From the IMG/VR virus record IMGVR_UViG_3300033407_000005, positions 1 through 64,000 of that record: DNA of 64,000 nt. One strand, given 5' to 3'. Origin of the DNA: a virus (lineage: Duplodnaviria > Caudoviricetes). The position numbers and the translations under genes were made by a program. The number at the start of each line of letters is the position of its first letter. Position 1 is the first letter of the stretch. Under the pieces are notes generated by a model, which searched no databases, was not told where the DNA came from, and saw only the letters and a list, made by a program, of their open reading frames with translations. Positions 53,620-63,384 of the stretch are shown here, in pieces.

Positions 53620-55101
53620 TTACGCCTCGAAATACGACAGACGGTCGAAGCAGATCTGGGCGTTCGTCAGCGCTTCGTCCTTGCTGGCCTTGAAGTTGAG
53701 CGGCAGCATCTGGTCCTGGTTCTTGCCCGAGCTGTTCGGAGACCCGCCGCCGTTGTAGATCGCTCGCGGGATCTGGACGATGAACGCCTGGCTGCCCTTG
53801 GTCGCACGGATGCTGATCGATGTCGCCGTGCCGGCGAAGAACTTGGTCAGCAGCGAATTGTCGCCGAAATAGGGAGTCAGGGTGCCGGTCACCGTGCTTT
53901 CATGCCCGGTGATCCCGGCGGGACCCAGAGTGGTGATGTCATCGATCGGGGTGTCGTTGTTGTTGATCGTCACCATGAATTCCCTGACGAAATTTGGCCC
54001 CGTCAAGGTGGCGCCGGCCTCCCCGACCCGCCCGACATTGGCGCTCGATGCGAATACCGGGTAGTCGGCATTGGTCAGCACCGCGTCCGGGGCGGCATCG
54101 AGCGCGACGGTTCCTTGCGTTCCGCCCATGCCGAGATAGGTCACCGCGACCTTGATGTCCTGGTGCGCCACGTAATTGAGCTGGTATTGCGACGCCACGA
54201 GACCGGCCTGCGCGATATAGGTCGGGACGGTCTGGCCGAGGAACCCGCGCTCGAGCGTCTGCCCGAGCTGGGTCGAGCCGTTGATGATGTGGTCGCCGAA
54301 CCACACCTTGATCGTCTTGCCCGCGCCGGCATCGATGGCCCACCCCGACGGGAGATTGTCGAGCGGAATGGCGGTCGCCGTGATCGCGCCGGATATCCGC
54401 ACCCACGCATTGTCCGCCGCGGTGCCGGTGAACCTGTCGCCGGCCGCGGTGCCGCCGATCTTCAGCGATTGACCAACCGTGAGGCCCAATGTCGTGAAGT
54501 CCAGTACGGTCGACGCCAGGCCGGCAGCTGCCGCCGTGATGTCGCCAGCCTCGCCGGCGAACCCGACGACCTCCATCTTCGCCGCCGCCGCCGGGGCCGC
54601 CTCATCGGTGATGCCGGACCCGACAAAGGCCGGCACGGTCGCCGATGCCGTCGTGGCGCGGAAGACGCCGTTGTTGTTGGCGACGCCAAACCCGGTGAAG
54701 TTCACGAGATGCCCCACGGCGAAGGCGTCGCCGGTCAGCACCGTTACCACCTCGCCGGCCGTCGCAACGTCGGCGATGTCGCTGTCGTCATCCCCGTCGT
54801 TGTCGCGCGTCGGGGCGTTCGTCCAGGTATTGTACATCGCCGACTTGATGTCGGAATCGTTCGGCGAGGATGCCGCGGGGTAGATCAGCGGGTAATTGAT
54901 GCCGCCGGTCGATTGCGTCCCGACATTCAGCTCGTCGCTGGTCATCCGGTCCGACCGCAACTCCCCCGGGTCGAGATAGATCGGCGTATAGTTCAAACTC
55001 TCGCCGGTGACCCGCCGCAGCCGCATCCGCGGAGTGGTCGGGGTCGTGCCGAGCGTGACTTCCTCGACCGAGGCAATCTGCAACGTATTGGTGCTGGGCA
55101 T
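53620..55101 (-). CDS. major tail (tube) protein
   Basis: EVTLGTTP..TGESL..ELRSDR; 493 aa. Confidence 0.85.
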   Translation of the reverse strand: MPSTNTLQIASVEEVTLGTTPTTPRMRLRRVTGESLNYTPIYLDPGELRSDRMTSDELNVGTQSTGGINYPLIYPAASSPNDSDIKSAMYNTWTNAPTRDNDGDDDSDIADVATAGEVVTVLTGDAFAVGHLVNFTGFGVANNNGVFRATTASATVPAFVGSGITDEAAPAAAAKMEVVGFAGEAGDITAAAAGLASTVLDFTTLGLTVGQSLKIGGTAAGDRFTGTAADNAWVRISGAITATAIPLDNLPSGWAIDAGAGKTIKVWFGDHIINGSTQLGQTLERGFLGQTVPTYIAQAGLVASQYQLNYVAHQDIKVAVTYLGMGGTQGTVALDAAPDAVLTNADYPVFASSANVGRVGEAGATLTGPNFVREFMVTINNNDTPIDDITTLGPAGITGHESTVTGTLTPYFGDNSLLTKFFAGTATSISIRATKGSQAFIVQIPRAIYNGGGSPNSSGKNQDQMLPLNFKASKDEALTNAQICFDRLSYFEA

Positions 55102-55146
55102 GGGACCGGGCTCCTGTGATTGGAATAACCGCGCCTCGGGGGAGGG

Positions 55147-55377
55147 TTAGGGTTGAGCGCCGCGGGCAGGTGCGGGTTGCCCAGGGGCGGCCCTTGGTGG
55201 CGCCGCCGTCGACTCCGGCTCGACCCGTTTCTTCGGCGCCCCGATAGCCTCCAGCCTCCCCAGCTCGACCCAGCGCTCGGGCGTGATCCGGCCGTCGATA
55301 TCGCCGCCCTCGACTTCCGTGCCCGCATGAAAGCGGTGACCGGGCGTCGCGAATGTCTTGATTACGCGGTAGCGCAT
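55147..55377 (-). CDS. small structural-module protein
   Basis: MRYRVIKTF..WVELGRLE. Confidence 0.55.
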   Translation of the reverse strand: MRYRVIKTFATPGHRFHAGTEVEGGDIDGRITPERWVELGRLEAIGAPKKRVEPESTAAPPRAAPGQPAPARGAQP

Positions 55378-55433
55378 GGCTTTTGCCTCGTCGGTTGGGG
55401 TATCGTGCGTCACTTGAACGGAAGGAGCAGCAG

Positions 55434-55697
55434 ATGGACGATCTGCAAGAACTCAATCTGACGGCGCGCCAGATGCTTTCGCCGCAAGGGCTGATCGCCT
55501 ATGAAGCTCGGAAGGCCGAATTACTACGCTCTCCGAACACGACCGGGTGGACGATCGAGGAAATCCTGCGCGGCTGGCTTTGGGACGAAAGCGAACAGGA
55601 GGCGTCACAAGAGATGGATTACGTGGAGCGCACGCACCTACGCTCTGATCGCCTTCTTCGGCCCCTCTTCGCCAAAAAGGAGACGGATAATGGATGA
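55434..55697 (+). CDS. hypothetical protein (counter-oriented insert)
   Basis: AAGGAG RBS. Confidence 0.55.
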   Translation: MDDLQELNLTARQMLSPQGLIAYEARKAELLRSPNTTGWTIEEILRGWLWDESEQEASQEMDYVERTHLRSDRLLRPLFAKKETDNG

Positions 55698-55986
55698 GGA
55701 TGGGGCGAACGGCACCGCACCTCAAGGAGAGAGCGACATGCCGAAAGATTCTCACCTCCGGCAAAAAGACGTTTCGGTTGCAGAACAGCTGCTGTGGGCA
55801 GCATCCAGGTCCGGTTGGGCTGTTTGGGACACATCCTGCAAGATGAGCAACGATGCCTATGAAGCCTCGGAAGCTGATGCCGAGCGCCTGCTAACGGCGC
55901 TGCGTTCGCTTGGGCTCGATCTCGTCCGCACGCGAGAACTTTCCGATCGCGAATTCTTTAATGTAAAATGGGGCCAAGACGGTTAA
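55690..55986 (+). CDS. hypothetical protein (counter-oriented insert)
   Basis: coupled; alternative start at 55738. Confidence 0.5.
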   Translation: MDEDGANGTAPQGESDMPKDSHLRQKDVSVAEQLLWAASRSGWAVWDTSCKMSNDAYEASEADAERLLTALRSLGLDLVRTRELSDREFFNVKWGQDG

Positions 55987-56000
55987 AAAGCGCCGGCCGA

Positions 56001-56432
56001 TTAAGCCGTCTCATCGAAATCGAACGGCACCGCGGCCGATTGGCCGAAATAGAGCCCCTCTTCGGCGTCGGCCTGGCCGCCGGGCATCATCGCCTCGCAG
56101 ACGACGCCGGAGAAATCCTGGCCCTCGAACATGCCGGCCGCCGCCGCGGCGAGTTGGTGGGCGCGGGCCTCGCCGGTCCCCTGCGGGATGAAGGCGAAGA
56201 CCCAGATATGTCCCTGCCGACGCGCTAGGTTGTAGCCGGGGGCGCCGATCGACATGAACCCGCCGCCGTTCCACCGGACCTCGATCACCAGGAACGGCAG
56301 CGGCGCGCCGGCAGCGCTGCGCGGGCGAGCAAATGCCTCGTTAGGGAACGCCATCGGCACCGCTGCCTCCAGCGCCGGCCATAGGCTCTCGGCGCGAGCG
56401 CGGATCGCGGCTATGGCGGTGTCGAGCGACAT
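56001..56432 (-). CDS. tail terminator protein
   Basis: FPNE..IGAPG..RQG..VFAFIPQGTG..FEG. Confidence 0.8.
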   Translation of the reverse strand: MSLDTAIAAIRARAESLWPALEAAVPMAFPNEAFARPRSAAGAPLPFLVIEVRWNGGGFMSIGAPGYNLARRQGHIWVFAFIPQGTGEARAHQLAAAAAGMFEGQDFSGVVCEAMMPGGQADAEEGLYFGQSAAVPFDFDETA

Positions 56433-56761
56433 GCTTTATAGTCTCCGGCGAGGCTCACCCCGTTCCAGGTCCCTTGTCCTAGGCAACCAGCGTGAGAGTG
56501 ACGGGGTGGGTCCTCAATGTTCAAAGTCGCATCGAAAACGCCAGATCGCGGCTATGGCGGTGTCGAGCGACATCGGGCTATTGTCCCTGCCGCTGTGGCG
56601 GCGCGGGGGGGGGTGGCTGCCTTGACCCTGGCCGGTGAGATGCTAAAGCATCTCAAGCCTCTGTTCCCGGACGATCTACAGATGGCTGAGGTGCTGACTT
56701 CGCCGCCGCCCGGCGAACAACATTGAGCCGCCGGGTGGGGTAGAGCAGCCCCGCCGGCCAT

Positions 56762-57025
56762 ATGAACAGGCTGTTGACATCGAAGCCCGGCGACGGCTCG
56801 CCATCGGGCCAGATCAAAAACTCGAGGTTATACGCGGTCGTCGATGATCGGAGCGTAGCCATGCTGGTCTTTCTTATTGTCGTGCTGGCGCAGTCGTCCA
56901 CTATGACTATTACGCAGTTACCGTCCATGGCGGCTTGTGAGGCGCTACGAAGTGAAGCCGTCGCGGTCGCCAAGGCGGGAGCGCCGTCAAATATCACCGC
57001 AAAATGCGTTGCTGTTCGGCCTTAG
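56762..57025 (+). CDS. small exported protein
   Basis: hydrophobic stretch; SMAACE..AKC. Confidence 0.45.
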   Translation: MNRLLTSKPGDGSPSGQIKNSRLYAVVDDRSVAMLVFLIVVLAQSSTMTITQLPSMAACEALRSEAVAVAKAGAPSNITAKCVAVRP

Positions 57026-57219
57026 CTGCGTGCCGCGCCCTTACGAACGCGGCCCTTCGGTGGTGGGGGCCGCCCTTTCGTCTTTGTCGGCGGCTCGCCG
57101 CGATGTTTCGGCCCGCTCTTTGCCGCCGCGTGAACCGCTTCTCTAAACCGCTCCCAGCCGTCAGGCCGTAGCTCGATCTCTTCTGCTGTCGGCGGCTTGG
57201 CTTTGTCGCGAGGGACCAT
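57022..57219 (-). CDS. small basic protein of a type I recall next to IS1595 transposases
   Basis: PDGWERFREAVHAAAKSGPKHR. Confidence 0.55.
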   Translation of the reverse strand: MVPRDKAKPPTAEEIELRPDGWERFREAVHAAAKSGPKHRGEPPTKTKGRPPPPKGRVRKGAARS

Positions 57220-57814
57220 GAGTGATCTTAACACCGATCCGTGGATTCAGGCCAATTCCCCGCTGCCAGCCGACAAGTTGCACGCCATCGGCGTCATTGC
57301 CTTTCGCTGGGGCCGGTGCGAGTTAGGGCTGTTCCTGCTTCTCTCTGCCGTCGCTAAACTATCGCGCCGAGACGTGTGGGGTATGACACACGATCTAGGG
57401 GATGTCTCGATTTGCGACAAAATCCATACGTTCGCGCTTCGCCGAGGCTATCACCCCGATGGGCTCGCCCTGATCAAGAATGCGCTGGCGCTCTACGATA
57501 GGTGCCGGCAAAACCGTAATACGGTTGTCCATGCATGGACATTTTCGCGTAGCCTTGACCCGCCGTTGGCGCGGAGAAGCCGGAAAGCGATTGAACCGGA
57601 GCCGACACCATTTCCAAGTTCGCTCGCCGATCTCCGGCGCGTCGCCGACGATATCGGCGGTCTCGAAACTAGGTTGTGGTTGCTCGACTGCCTTCTTGAA
57701 GAGGGCATGCTGAACGGGCCAATAACATTCCCCGGAATACAGCCTCTGCCTGAAATTCTCTCGACGCCTCCCCAGCCGTATAGCAAAGAACATTCGCGCC
57801 CGCCTCGATCATAG
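57218..57814 (+). CDS. putative HEPN-like protein
   Basis: helical; RNTVVH (RxxxxH). Confidence 0.55.
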   Translation: MSDLNTDPWIQANSPLPADKLHAIGVIAFRWGRCELGLFLLLSAVAKLSRRDVWGMTHDLGDVSICDKIHTFALRRGYHPDGLALIKNALALYDRCRQNRNTVVHAWTFSRSLDPPLARRSRKAIEPEPTPFPSSLADLRRVADDIGGLETRLWLLDCLLEEGMLNGPITFPGIQPLPEILSTPPQPYSKEHSRPPRS

Positions 57815-57890
57815 CCTCCGTGATCTCAATCTCATCCGCCCCGGCCTGTCGGCTGTCGTCTACCATATCTAGCACCTGTTATGCAAAAGC

Positions 57891-57900
57891 TATAATTCCC
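57891..57900 (-). mobile_element. solo ISNwi1-type end
   Basis: reverse complement GGGAATTATA. Confidence 0.5.
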
Positions 57901-57978
57901 CCTTCCAGATACGTCCGCGCAGTTTCCTGATCCGGGAACATCGCGAAAAGCTGAAAGGTTGAAAGGTTGCTGGACTAA

Positions 57979-58773
57979 TTACGCTGCGAGCGGCGCTAGG
58001 TCATTCTTCCATTGCGCGTCATCGTCCCCACACGGCCTCCCCTCATCGGGGCAGCGTCGCGAGAAAACGAACTTCAATTCTTCGCTCACATCAAAAACAG
58101 GACTGATCCGCAAGTCAAAGAACAGCTTTCTTATAGCCTCCAATGCTTTTTGCGCATCGTCTGGCGTCACCTCTTTCCTCGGTCCCAAGCGCACCGCATC
58201 TAAGATATTCTTGTCGCGCAGAACGCTGGCGACGAAAACATATCCCCTGTAGACTTTTTCAGTTGCTATAGACATGGTCTTTTGCCCAGTCTCGCACCTA
58301 CTGTAATGCTCCGGGGTAAGTTCTAGCGCGCGCGCTAGAGCTTTCGACTGTAAGCATAGCGCTGACCGGATGAACTTCAAATCAGCTCCGGACAACTTGC
58401 GCGGGTGCGATACCCGCGACTGTACGATCGCCGCCATAAGCCCAGGCAGATCGGTGATGCTCGTCATCATTTTCCCGGACGCCGGGTCAGGCGTTATCTC
58501 AAAGCCGTTCGTCAGGTACACTTCGAACGGAGAACCGATAGACTTGGCATGGTAATGACCTGCAACAGGACCGCTGCCGGCCAAGTCATGCTGCATGATC
58601 TCGTTCATTGTAACTGATGCAGTACCAAAAATGCTGGTTAGTGACACGCCGCCAAGATCATCCTCGCAGAAGCGAGTAATGCGATCGGTACCGTGGAAGC
58701 TGACAAACTCGCGCAACCACGTCTCCTCATGAGGAAAATTCTTGACCTTCCGACGTTCGCCACCTTTGGCCAT
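57979..58773 (-). CDS. XRE-HTH antitoxin-like protein with toxin-like N-terminal fragment
   Basis: VYLTNGFEI..LSGADLKFIRSAL..SKALARAL..YSRCETG. Confidence 0.7.
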   Translation of the reverse strand: MAKGGERRKVKNFPHEETWLREFVSFHGTDRITRFCEDDLGGVSLTSIFGTASVTMNEIMQHDLAGSGPVAGHYHAKSIGSPFEVYLTNGFEITPDPASGKMMTSITDLPGLMAAIVQSRVSHPRKLSGADLKFIRSALCLQSKALARALELTPEHYSRCETGQKTMSIATEKVYRGYVFVASVLRDKNILDAVRLGPRKEVTPDDAQKALEAIRKLFFDLRISPVFDVSEELKFVFSRRCPDEGRPCGDDDAQWKNDLAPLAA

Positions 58774-58823
58774 CCCGGCCCCCTCTCGTGGAGCCATCCC
58801 GTTAACAACCAATTGATCTTAGA

Positions 58824-59057
58824 TCAAGAGCGATCCTTGCGCCAGCGTTCTTTCGCAGCTTTTCTGGCAATTTCTAGGCGTTTTTCTGGCGACATTCCCG
58901 CCGCTCGTGCCTTGCCGCCTCGGCTCCCAAGCGCGGCTGCCGCAGATTTTGCCGAATCGACTTCCTCGGTTTCCTCGCCGGTCGCGATCCGCATGACCTT
59001 GACGGCCGCGCCGATCACGTCGGCGGGGCGCTTCTCGCCTCGGGGTCCGCGCGGCAT
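58824..59057 (-). CDS. small basic protein of a type I recall in IS1-family elements
   Basis: GEKRPADVIGAAVKVMRIATGE..LGSRGGKARA..ARKAA. Confidence 0.75.
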   Translation of the reverse strand: MPRGPRGEKRPADVIGAAVKVMRIATGEETEEVDSAKSAAAALGSRGGKARAAGMSPEKRLEIARKAAKERWRKDRS

Positions 59058-59059
59058 GG

Positions 59060-59266
59060 CTACTGGTTCCCTTGCGGATTGGCGGCCATGAACTTGCCGA
59101 CATCATAGTCCTGACCGGTTTCGGCATCCGTCATGGTGAGGAGGGGGTAGCCTTGCGCGCGCATAGAATGGAACCGAAAGATCGCCTCGTTCGCGGACAG
59201 CGGATCGGATACCGCCCGTTTCCCGTCCAGTGTGCCGCCTACCACGATGTTTTGATCGTGCCTCAT
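59060..59266 (-). CDS. hypothetical protein
   Basis: coupled ORF. Confidence 0.45.
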   Translation of the reverse strand: MRHDQNIVVGGTLDGKRAVSDPLSANEAIFRFHSMRAQGYPLLTMTDAETGQDYDVGKFMAANPQGNQ

Positions 59267-59343
59267 GCCACTCCGCTCCATGCTTTCCGGTAGCATATGG
59301 GAACGAAACGGCCAGCGCGACACCCGCGTCAAGGGCTGTTACA

Positions 59344-59362
59344 TTCAAACTGAGACACTACC
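59344..59362 (-). mobile_element. solo IS1-family-type end
   Basis: reverse complement GGTAGTGTCTCAGTTTGAA (GGnnnTG). Confidence 0.6.
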
Positions 59363-59528
59363 AAATACACCACCAGAACGATCCCGTCGACGATGCCGTA
59401 GAGATCGTGACTACCGCAGCGCGGGCACAGCATGGCGCCGCAATCGGCGCACAGCAGCACCCGGAGTTCGCCGGGCCGGCCGGGTGGCCGGTCGGCGCGG
59501 CAGCCGCATGTGGCGCAGACGCAGGGCA

Positions 59529-59885
59529 TCAGCCCCGGACCTGCAATTCGTAGGCGACCAGCACGCCGGCGACCCGCCGCGTCGAATCATCGGCGGCCAT
59601 GATCGCCATCGCTTCGCCGCGCACCACAACCCGGTCGTTCGTGGTCACCGGCAGCGCAAATTGCGCATCGATCAGATCGTCCGCCAGGAGGACGATTTTC
59701 CGGTCGCCCTGCTGAATGGTGCCGATCAGCTCGTGCGGCTCATAGCCGGTGACCCGGCCCTTGGCCGCGGTATCGAAGAACGGCGGGTTCGCGCCGGCGC
59801 CGGTATACCGGCGGATGTACACCACCTCGCCGACCTCATCGAATGCCCGGCGATAGTCCGCCCTGATCTCGTCCGCCAGCGTCAT
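59529..59885 (-). CDS. head-closure / head-tail joining protein
   Basis: GEVVYIRR..IQQGDRKIVLLA..YELQVRG. Confidence 0.8.
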   Translation of the reverse strand: MTLADEIRADYRRAFDEVGEVVYIRRYTGAGANPPFFDTAAKGRVTGYEPHELIGTIQQGDRKIVLLADDLIDAQFALPVTTNDRVVVRGEAMAIMAADDSTRRVAGVLVAYELQVRG

Positions 59886-60310
59886 CGGACCGCGGCGCGG
59901 ACGCTGATCGTGGTGTTGCCGGCATAGACCCCGGTACTGGTGTACTTGGCCCGCAGCCGGTCGCCGAGGATGCCGTCGAGCACGCCCTCCGCCGAGAGAA
60001 CCGCGACATCGGCGACCGCGACCGGGGTCAACCCCGAGAGGTTGGCGCGCTTGGCCTTGCCCGCCGTCGCAAAGTCGAACCGGGCGATGTCGATCCAATT
60101 GACCGTGTCGAGGCACGTCTGCACGATGACGATCAAGGTTGTTCCGCCCGAACCATAGGTCAGGTTGCAGAACAGCGTCGCGGCGGCCATCCAGTCGAGC
60201 CCGTCGATGAACTCCTGCACGACGCCCTGGCTCGATACGCCGGACGTGATAACCTCGTCGGTCAGCGCCGCGGTTATCGCCCGGTCGCCGAGATTGTAGA
60301 TCCCGCTCAT
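59882..60310 (-). CDS. structural-module hypothetical protein
   Basis: 142-aa coupled ORF. Confidence 0.65.
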   Translation of the reverse strand: MSGIYNLGDRAITAALTDEVITSGVSSQGVVQEFIDGLDWMAAATLFCNLTYGSGGTTLIVIVQTCLDTVNWIDIARFDFATAGKAKRANLSGLTPVAVADVAVLSAEGVLDGILGDRLRAKYTSTGVYAGNTTISVRAAVR

Positions 60311-60323
60311 CGCGCCCCCTGTC

Positions 60324-62171
60324 TCATCGCCGGCTGCGGCGGGCCCCGAGGTGACCGAGGCTCCTCAATGCGCCCCACTGCGGCGCGATCGACTCGCGGG
60401 CGCCCGGCCTGATCTCCGCCCGGCCGAGAAACCTGCCGGGGCGCCGTGTTGCCGCCTGCGCCGCAATGGCGACCGGCGACGGCAAGAAGCCGGCAAGCGC
60501 AAGGGCGTCCAGCGTTGCCGTTGACAAGACAATCAACTCACAGGCGCCGCCGATCGCCGCGTCCCCGGCGAGATCGGCGACCGGGGCAACACTCAGCCCG
60601 GCGATTCCGCTCAAGACAGCCGCGCCGGTCAGTTGCGACGCCGGCGCGAAACCCAGGCCGGCAAAACCGGCGAGCGGCACCGCAACAGCCAGACCGGCGG
60701 CCACGGCGAAGCCGAAATCGGCGGCGCCGGCAAGGGTCAGGGCACCGTCCAGCGCCACCGTCGGCGAAAAGCCCAGACCAGCCGCCGCCGCGAGCGCGCC
60801 CGCGCCGCCGATGGTTCCGGCCGGGCTGAAATTCAGCGCCGCGGCGCCCGCCAGCGGCAAGGCGCCCGCCAGGTCCGCATCCGCCGTAAAGACCAGATCG
60901 CCGGAACCGGCGAGGGCTGCGTCTCCTATCAGCCCGCCCGCGGCGACAAAGGACAGCGCAACTACGCCGGCCAGATCGCCGCCGGCCCCCGCCGTCAGAT
61001 CGGCGGTCGGAGCAAAACCGAAATCTGCCGAAACGGCCAAGGTTGCGGCGCCGGCCAGCAGCCCCGCGGGGGCGAACCCCACCCCCGCGATTGCCGCGAG
61101 GGTGGCCGCGCCATCGAGCGCCGCCGACCCGGCAAACGCGAGGCCCGACGCGCCGGCAAGCGTCGCCGCACCGTCCAGCCCTGCGGCCGGCGCGAAGATC
61201 AGCCCGGCATCCCCGGCCAGCGCCGCGGTCGTTCCGATGTCGGCATCGGCCGAGAAAATCATCGCCGACGCGCCGCCGACCGGTGCAGCCCCGATCAGAA
61301 CGGCCAGCGGAGCGAATGCCATCCCCGCGGTTGCCGCGAGGGTGGCAGCGCCATCGAGCGCCGCAGACCCGGCAAACGCGATGTCCGAGGCGCCGGCAAG
61401 CGTCGCCGCACCGTCCAGCCCTGCGGCCGGCGCGAAGATCAGCCCGGCATCCCCGGCCAGCGCCGCGGTCGTTCCGATGTCGGCGTCGGCCGAGAAAATC
61501 ATCGCCGACGCGCCGGCGACCGGCGCCGCCCCGGTCAGAGCGGCCACCGGAGCGAATGCGAGGCTCGATGCTCCCGCCAGCGGGGCAGCGCCAGCCAGGG
61601 AAGCGGCCGGGGCGAAGCCGAGCGCCGCGACGCCCGCCAGCGCCGCGCTGCCGGCCGCAACGGTGATCGACGGCACTACCGTCGCCGCAATCGCCGTACC
61701 GGCGAGCTCGACGACCTTCAGGGTTATCGTCTCTCCAGGGGCCGTGTCGGCGTCGACGATCTGAAGCCCGAACTCGTATTCGGTGTTGCGGTTGCCGACC
61801 AGATCGACATCGGTCGAGGTCGAGCCATCCTCGGAATAGCGTCCGACCGTGTAGATGCCCGTTCCCGATAAGCGCTGCGTCGTGACCGCCGCCTCATCGG
61901 CGTCCGTGCCGGCATCGACCGCCTTGACGATGGTCGAGCTGGTAGTGACATCGAAGAACAAGCCGCCTTCGTGGTTCGCCTGCAGCTTGACGGTGTGCGC
62001 CGCCGGGTTGCCGCCCGCCGTTTCCTGGATCGTGACGCGGACGCGAATGTTGGTGTCCGCCGCCTGAGACCAGTCCGCGTCTTCGTTCGCGCCCCAGGTC
62101 GGGGTATCCTCGACGGCACCGCCATCGGTGCGGACCCGGAAGTGCGATTGCGAGAGAACCGCTACCGTCAT
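60324..62171 (-). CDS. Ala/Gly-rich ~20-aa repeat protein
   Basis: LAGxAxLxFAPxAxL repeats; 240-bp-period duplication 61081-61520. Confidence 0.7.
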   Translation of the reverse strand: MTVAVLSQSHFRVRTDGGAVEDTPTWGANEDADWSQAADTNIRVRVTIQETAGGNPAAHTVKLQANHEGGLFFDVTTSSTIVKAVDAGTDADEAAVTTQRLSGTGIYTVGRYSEDGSTSTDVDLVGNRNTEYEFGLQIVDADTAPGETITLKVVELAGTAIAATVVPSITVAAGSAALAGVAALGFAPAASLAGAAPLAGASSLAFAPVAALTGAAPVAGASAMIFSADADIGTTAALAGDAGLIFAPAAGLDGAATLAGASDIAFAGSAALDGAATLAATAGMAFAPLAVLIGAAPVGGASAMIFSADADIGTTAALAGDAGLIFAPAAGLDGAATLAGASGLAFAGSAALDGAATLAAIAGVGFAPAGLLAGAATLAVSADFGFAPTADLTAGAGGDLAGVVALSFVAAGGLIGDAALAGSGDLVFTADADLAGALPLAGAAALNFSPAGTIGGAGALAAAAGLGFSPTVALDGALTLAGAADFGFAVAAGLAVAVPLAGFAGLGFAPASQLTGAAVLSGIAGLSVAPVADLAGDAAIGGACELIVLSTATLDALALAGFLPSPVAIAAQAATRRPGRFLGRAEIRPGARESIAPQWGALRSLGHLGARRSRR

Positions 62172-62539
62172 GGTTTAGGCTCGGCGCGCTCCAAGGCGTC
62201 CCGCGAGCTGCGCGGCGGCAGTCGCGGGTCGCTATCGGCCGCGTTGTAGATGGCGTAAAAAGTCCGCGGCGACACGTGGCGGCCGATCAGCACCGTCTTT
62301 TCCTTGCCCGGACGGGTCAGGTAGTCGATCAGCCCGACAAAATCGCAGCTGATCCACTCCGTGTCCCAGACGTAGTAATCGGTGCCGTGCCAGATCATCC
62401 GCCCGTGATCGGCCGAGTAGGCGGCGATGCACATGACCCCCCAGCGCGGCGCCTCGTGCGGCTCGCCATCCCGGTCGGTGAACGACGACCCGTCGTCGTA
62501 CCAGACGATCCACCGGTGCGGCGGCGGCGGCACGGCCAC
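62168..62539 (-). CDS. hypothetical protein
   Basis: WIVWYDDG..DYY..D..GLIDYL. Confidence 0.65.
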   Translation of the reverse strand: MAVPPPPHRWIVWYDDGSSFTDRDGEPHEAPRWGVMCIAAYSADHGRMIWHGTDYYVWDTEWISCDFVGLIDYLTRPGKEKTVLIGRHVSPRTFYAIYNAADSDPRLPPRSSRDALERAEPKP

Positions 62540-62542
62540 CCC

Positions 62543-62794
62543 TTATCCCCGCGTCACCCCGGGGCCGCGCGAGGCGTCATGCAGGGTGCCGATCAGGCTC
62601 CAGTGGTGCGAGGTGTCGCCGGCGAAGCGCTTGGCCTCCTTGGCCCGCATCCGCACCCACTGCGACAACAGGAGCGCCGTCTCGTAGGGCAGCCGCACCT
62701 CGATATTGCCGAGATGCATGACGACATTCTCGCCCTCGCTCTCGACGGCGATGCGCTGCTGCGTCAGCAGTTCGTTTCGGACGATGGCGACCAT
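62543..62794 (-). CDS. hypothetical protein
   Basis: partial duplicate at 63371-63470. Confidence 0.6.
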   Translation of the reverse strand: MVAIVRNELLTQQRIAVESEGENVVMHLGNIEVRLPYETALLLSQWVRMRAKEAKRFAGDTSHHWSLIGTLHDASRGPGVTRG

Positions 62795-62799
62795 GAAAA

Positions 62800-63384
62800 T
62801 CAGTCCCAAAACGCGGCGAGGCCGCCATCGACATGCCAACGCAACCCGTGCAGCGGGCAAACAATCGTGCCATCGCTCTCGACCGGACACGATCCTAAGG
62901 GCATGCCCTGATGAGGACACACCGGACGACCGTAACGTCCGACCGAGATCCGGGACCCGGCGTAGGTCTTTTCGAGCTCGGGGAAAAATAGTGGCCGCAG
63001 CGCGTATGACCATTGGGCAAAACCAGCGACGTCAAACCGGCACTGCCGACGCCGCCATTCCAACCTCGGCTTCTCCGAAACCAGCATCACCATCACTGTT
63101 GTGTTCCGCGTCCGCCAATGGTCTCCACGGCCGCACGATCTCCACTGCGCGGCAGTCAAAAACCTCGCATCAATGTGAAAATGCAGACACTCAACACCGA
63201 GTGAGGGATCGCTGTGCATCGGGCCTATGACGGGCCACCAGGCTCTTTGTCCTCGCCAGTGGCTCAGGACGGTCGGAACTAGGTAATTCTCACCTATTAC
63301 GGGAGGCACGCGCAATTCGTCGATCCGCTGCTGCGTCATCTGACGATGGCGACCATGACAATCAATCAGTACCCACTGCGACAA
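62800..63384 (-). CDS. Rieske [2Fe-2S]-like domain protein (start may be 63339)
   Basis: CPHQG..IVCPLHGLRW. Confidence 0.75.
   Translation of the reverse strand: MSQWVLIDCHGRHRQMTQQRIDELRVPPVIGENYLVPTVLSHWRGQRAWWPVIGPMHSDPSLGVECLHFHIDARFLTAAQWRSCGRGDHWRTRNTTVMVMLVSEKPRLEWRRRQCRFDVAGFAQWSYALRPLFFPELEKTYAGSRISVGRYGRPVCPHQGMPLGSCPVESDGTIVCPLHGLRWHVDGGLAAFWD

Noticed and set aside
55399-55418. Partner end for the IS1-type end at 59362
   Set aside because: Similarity is weak and there is no matching target duplication.
60466-61871. Long plus-strand ORFs
   Set aside because: Shadows of the repetitive minus-strand gene.
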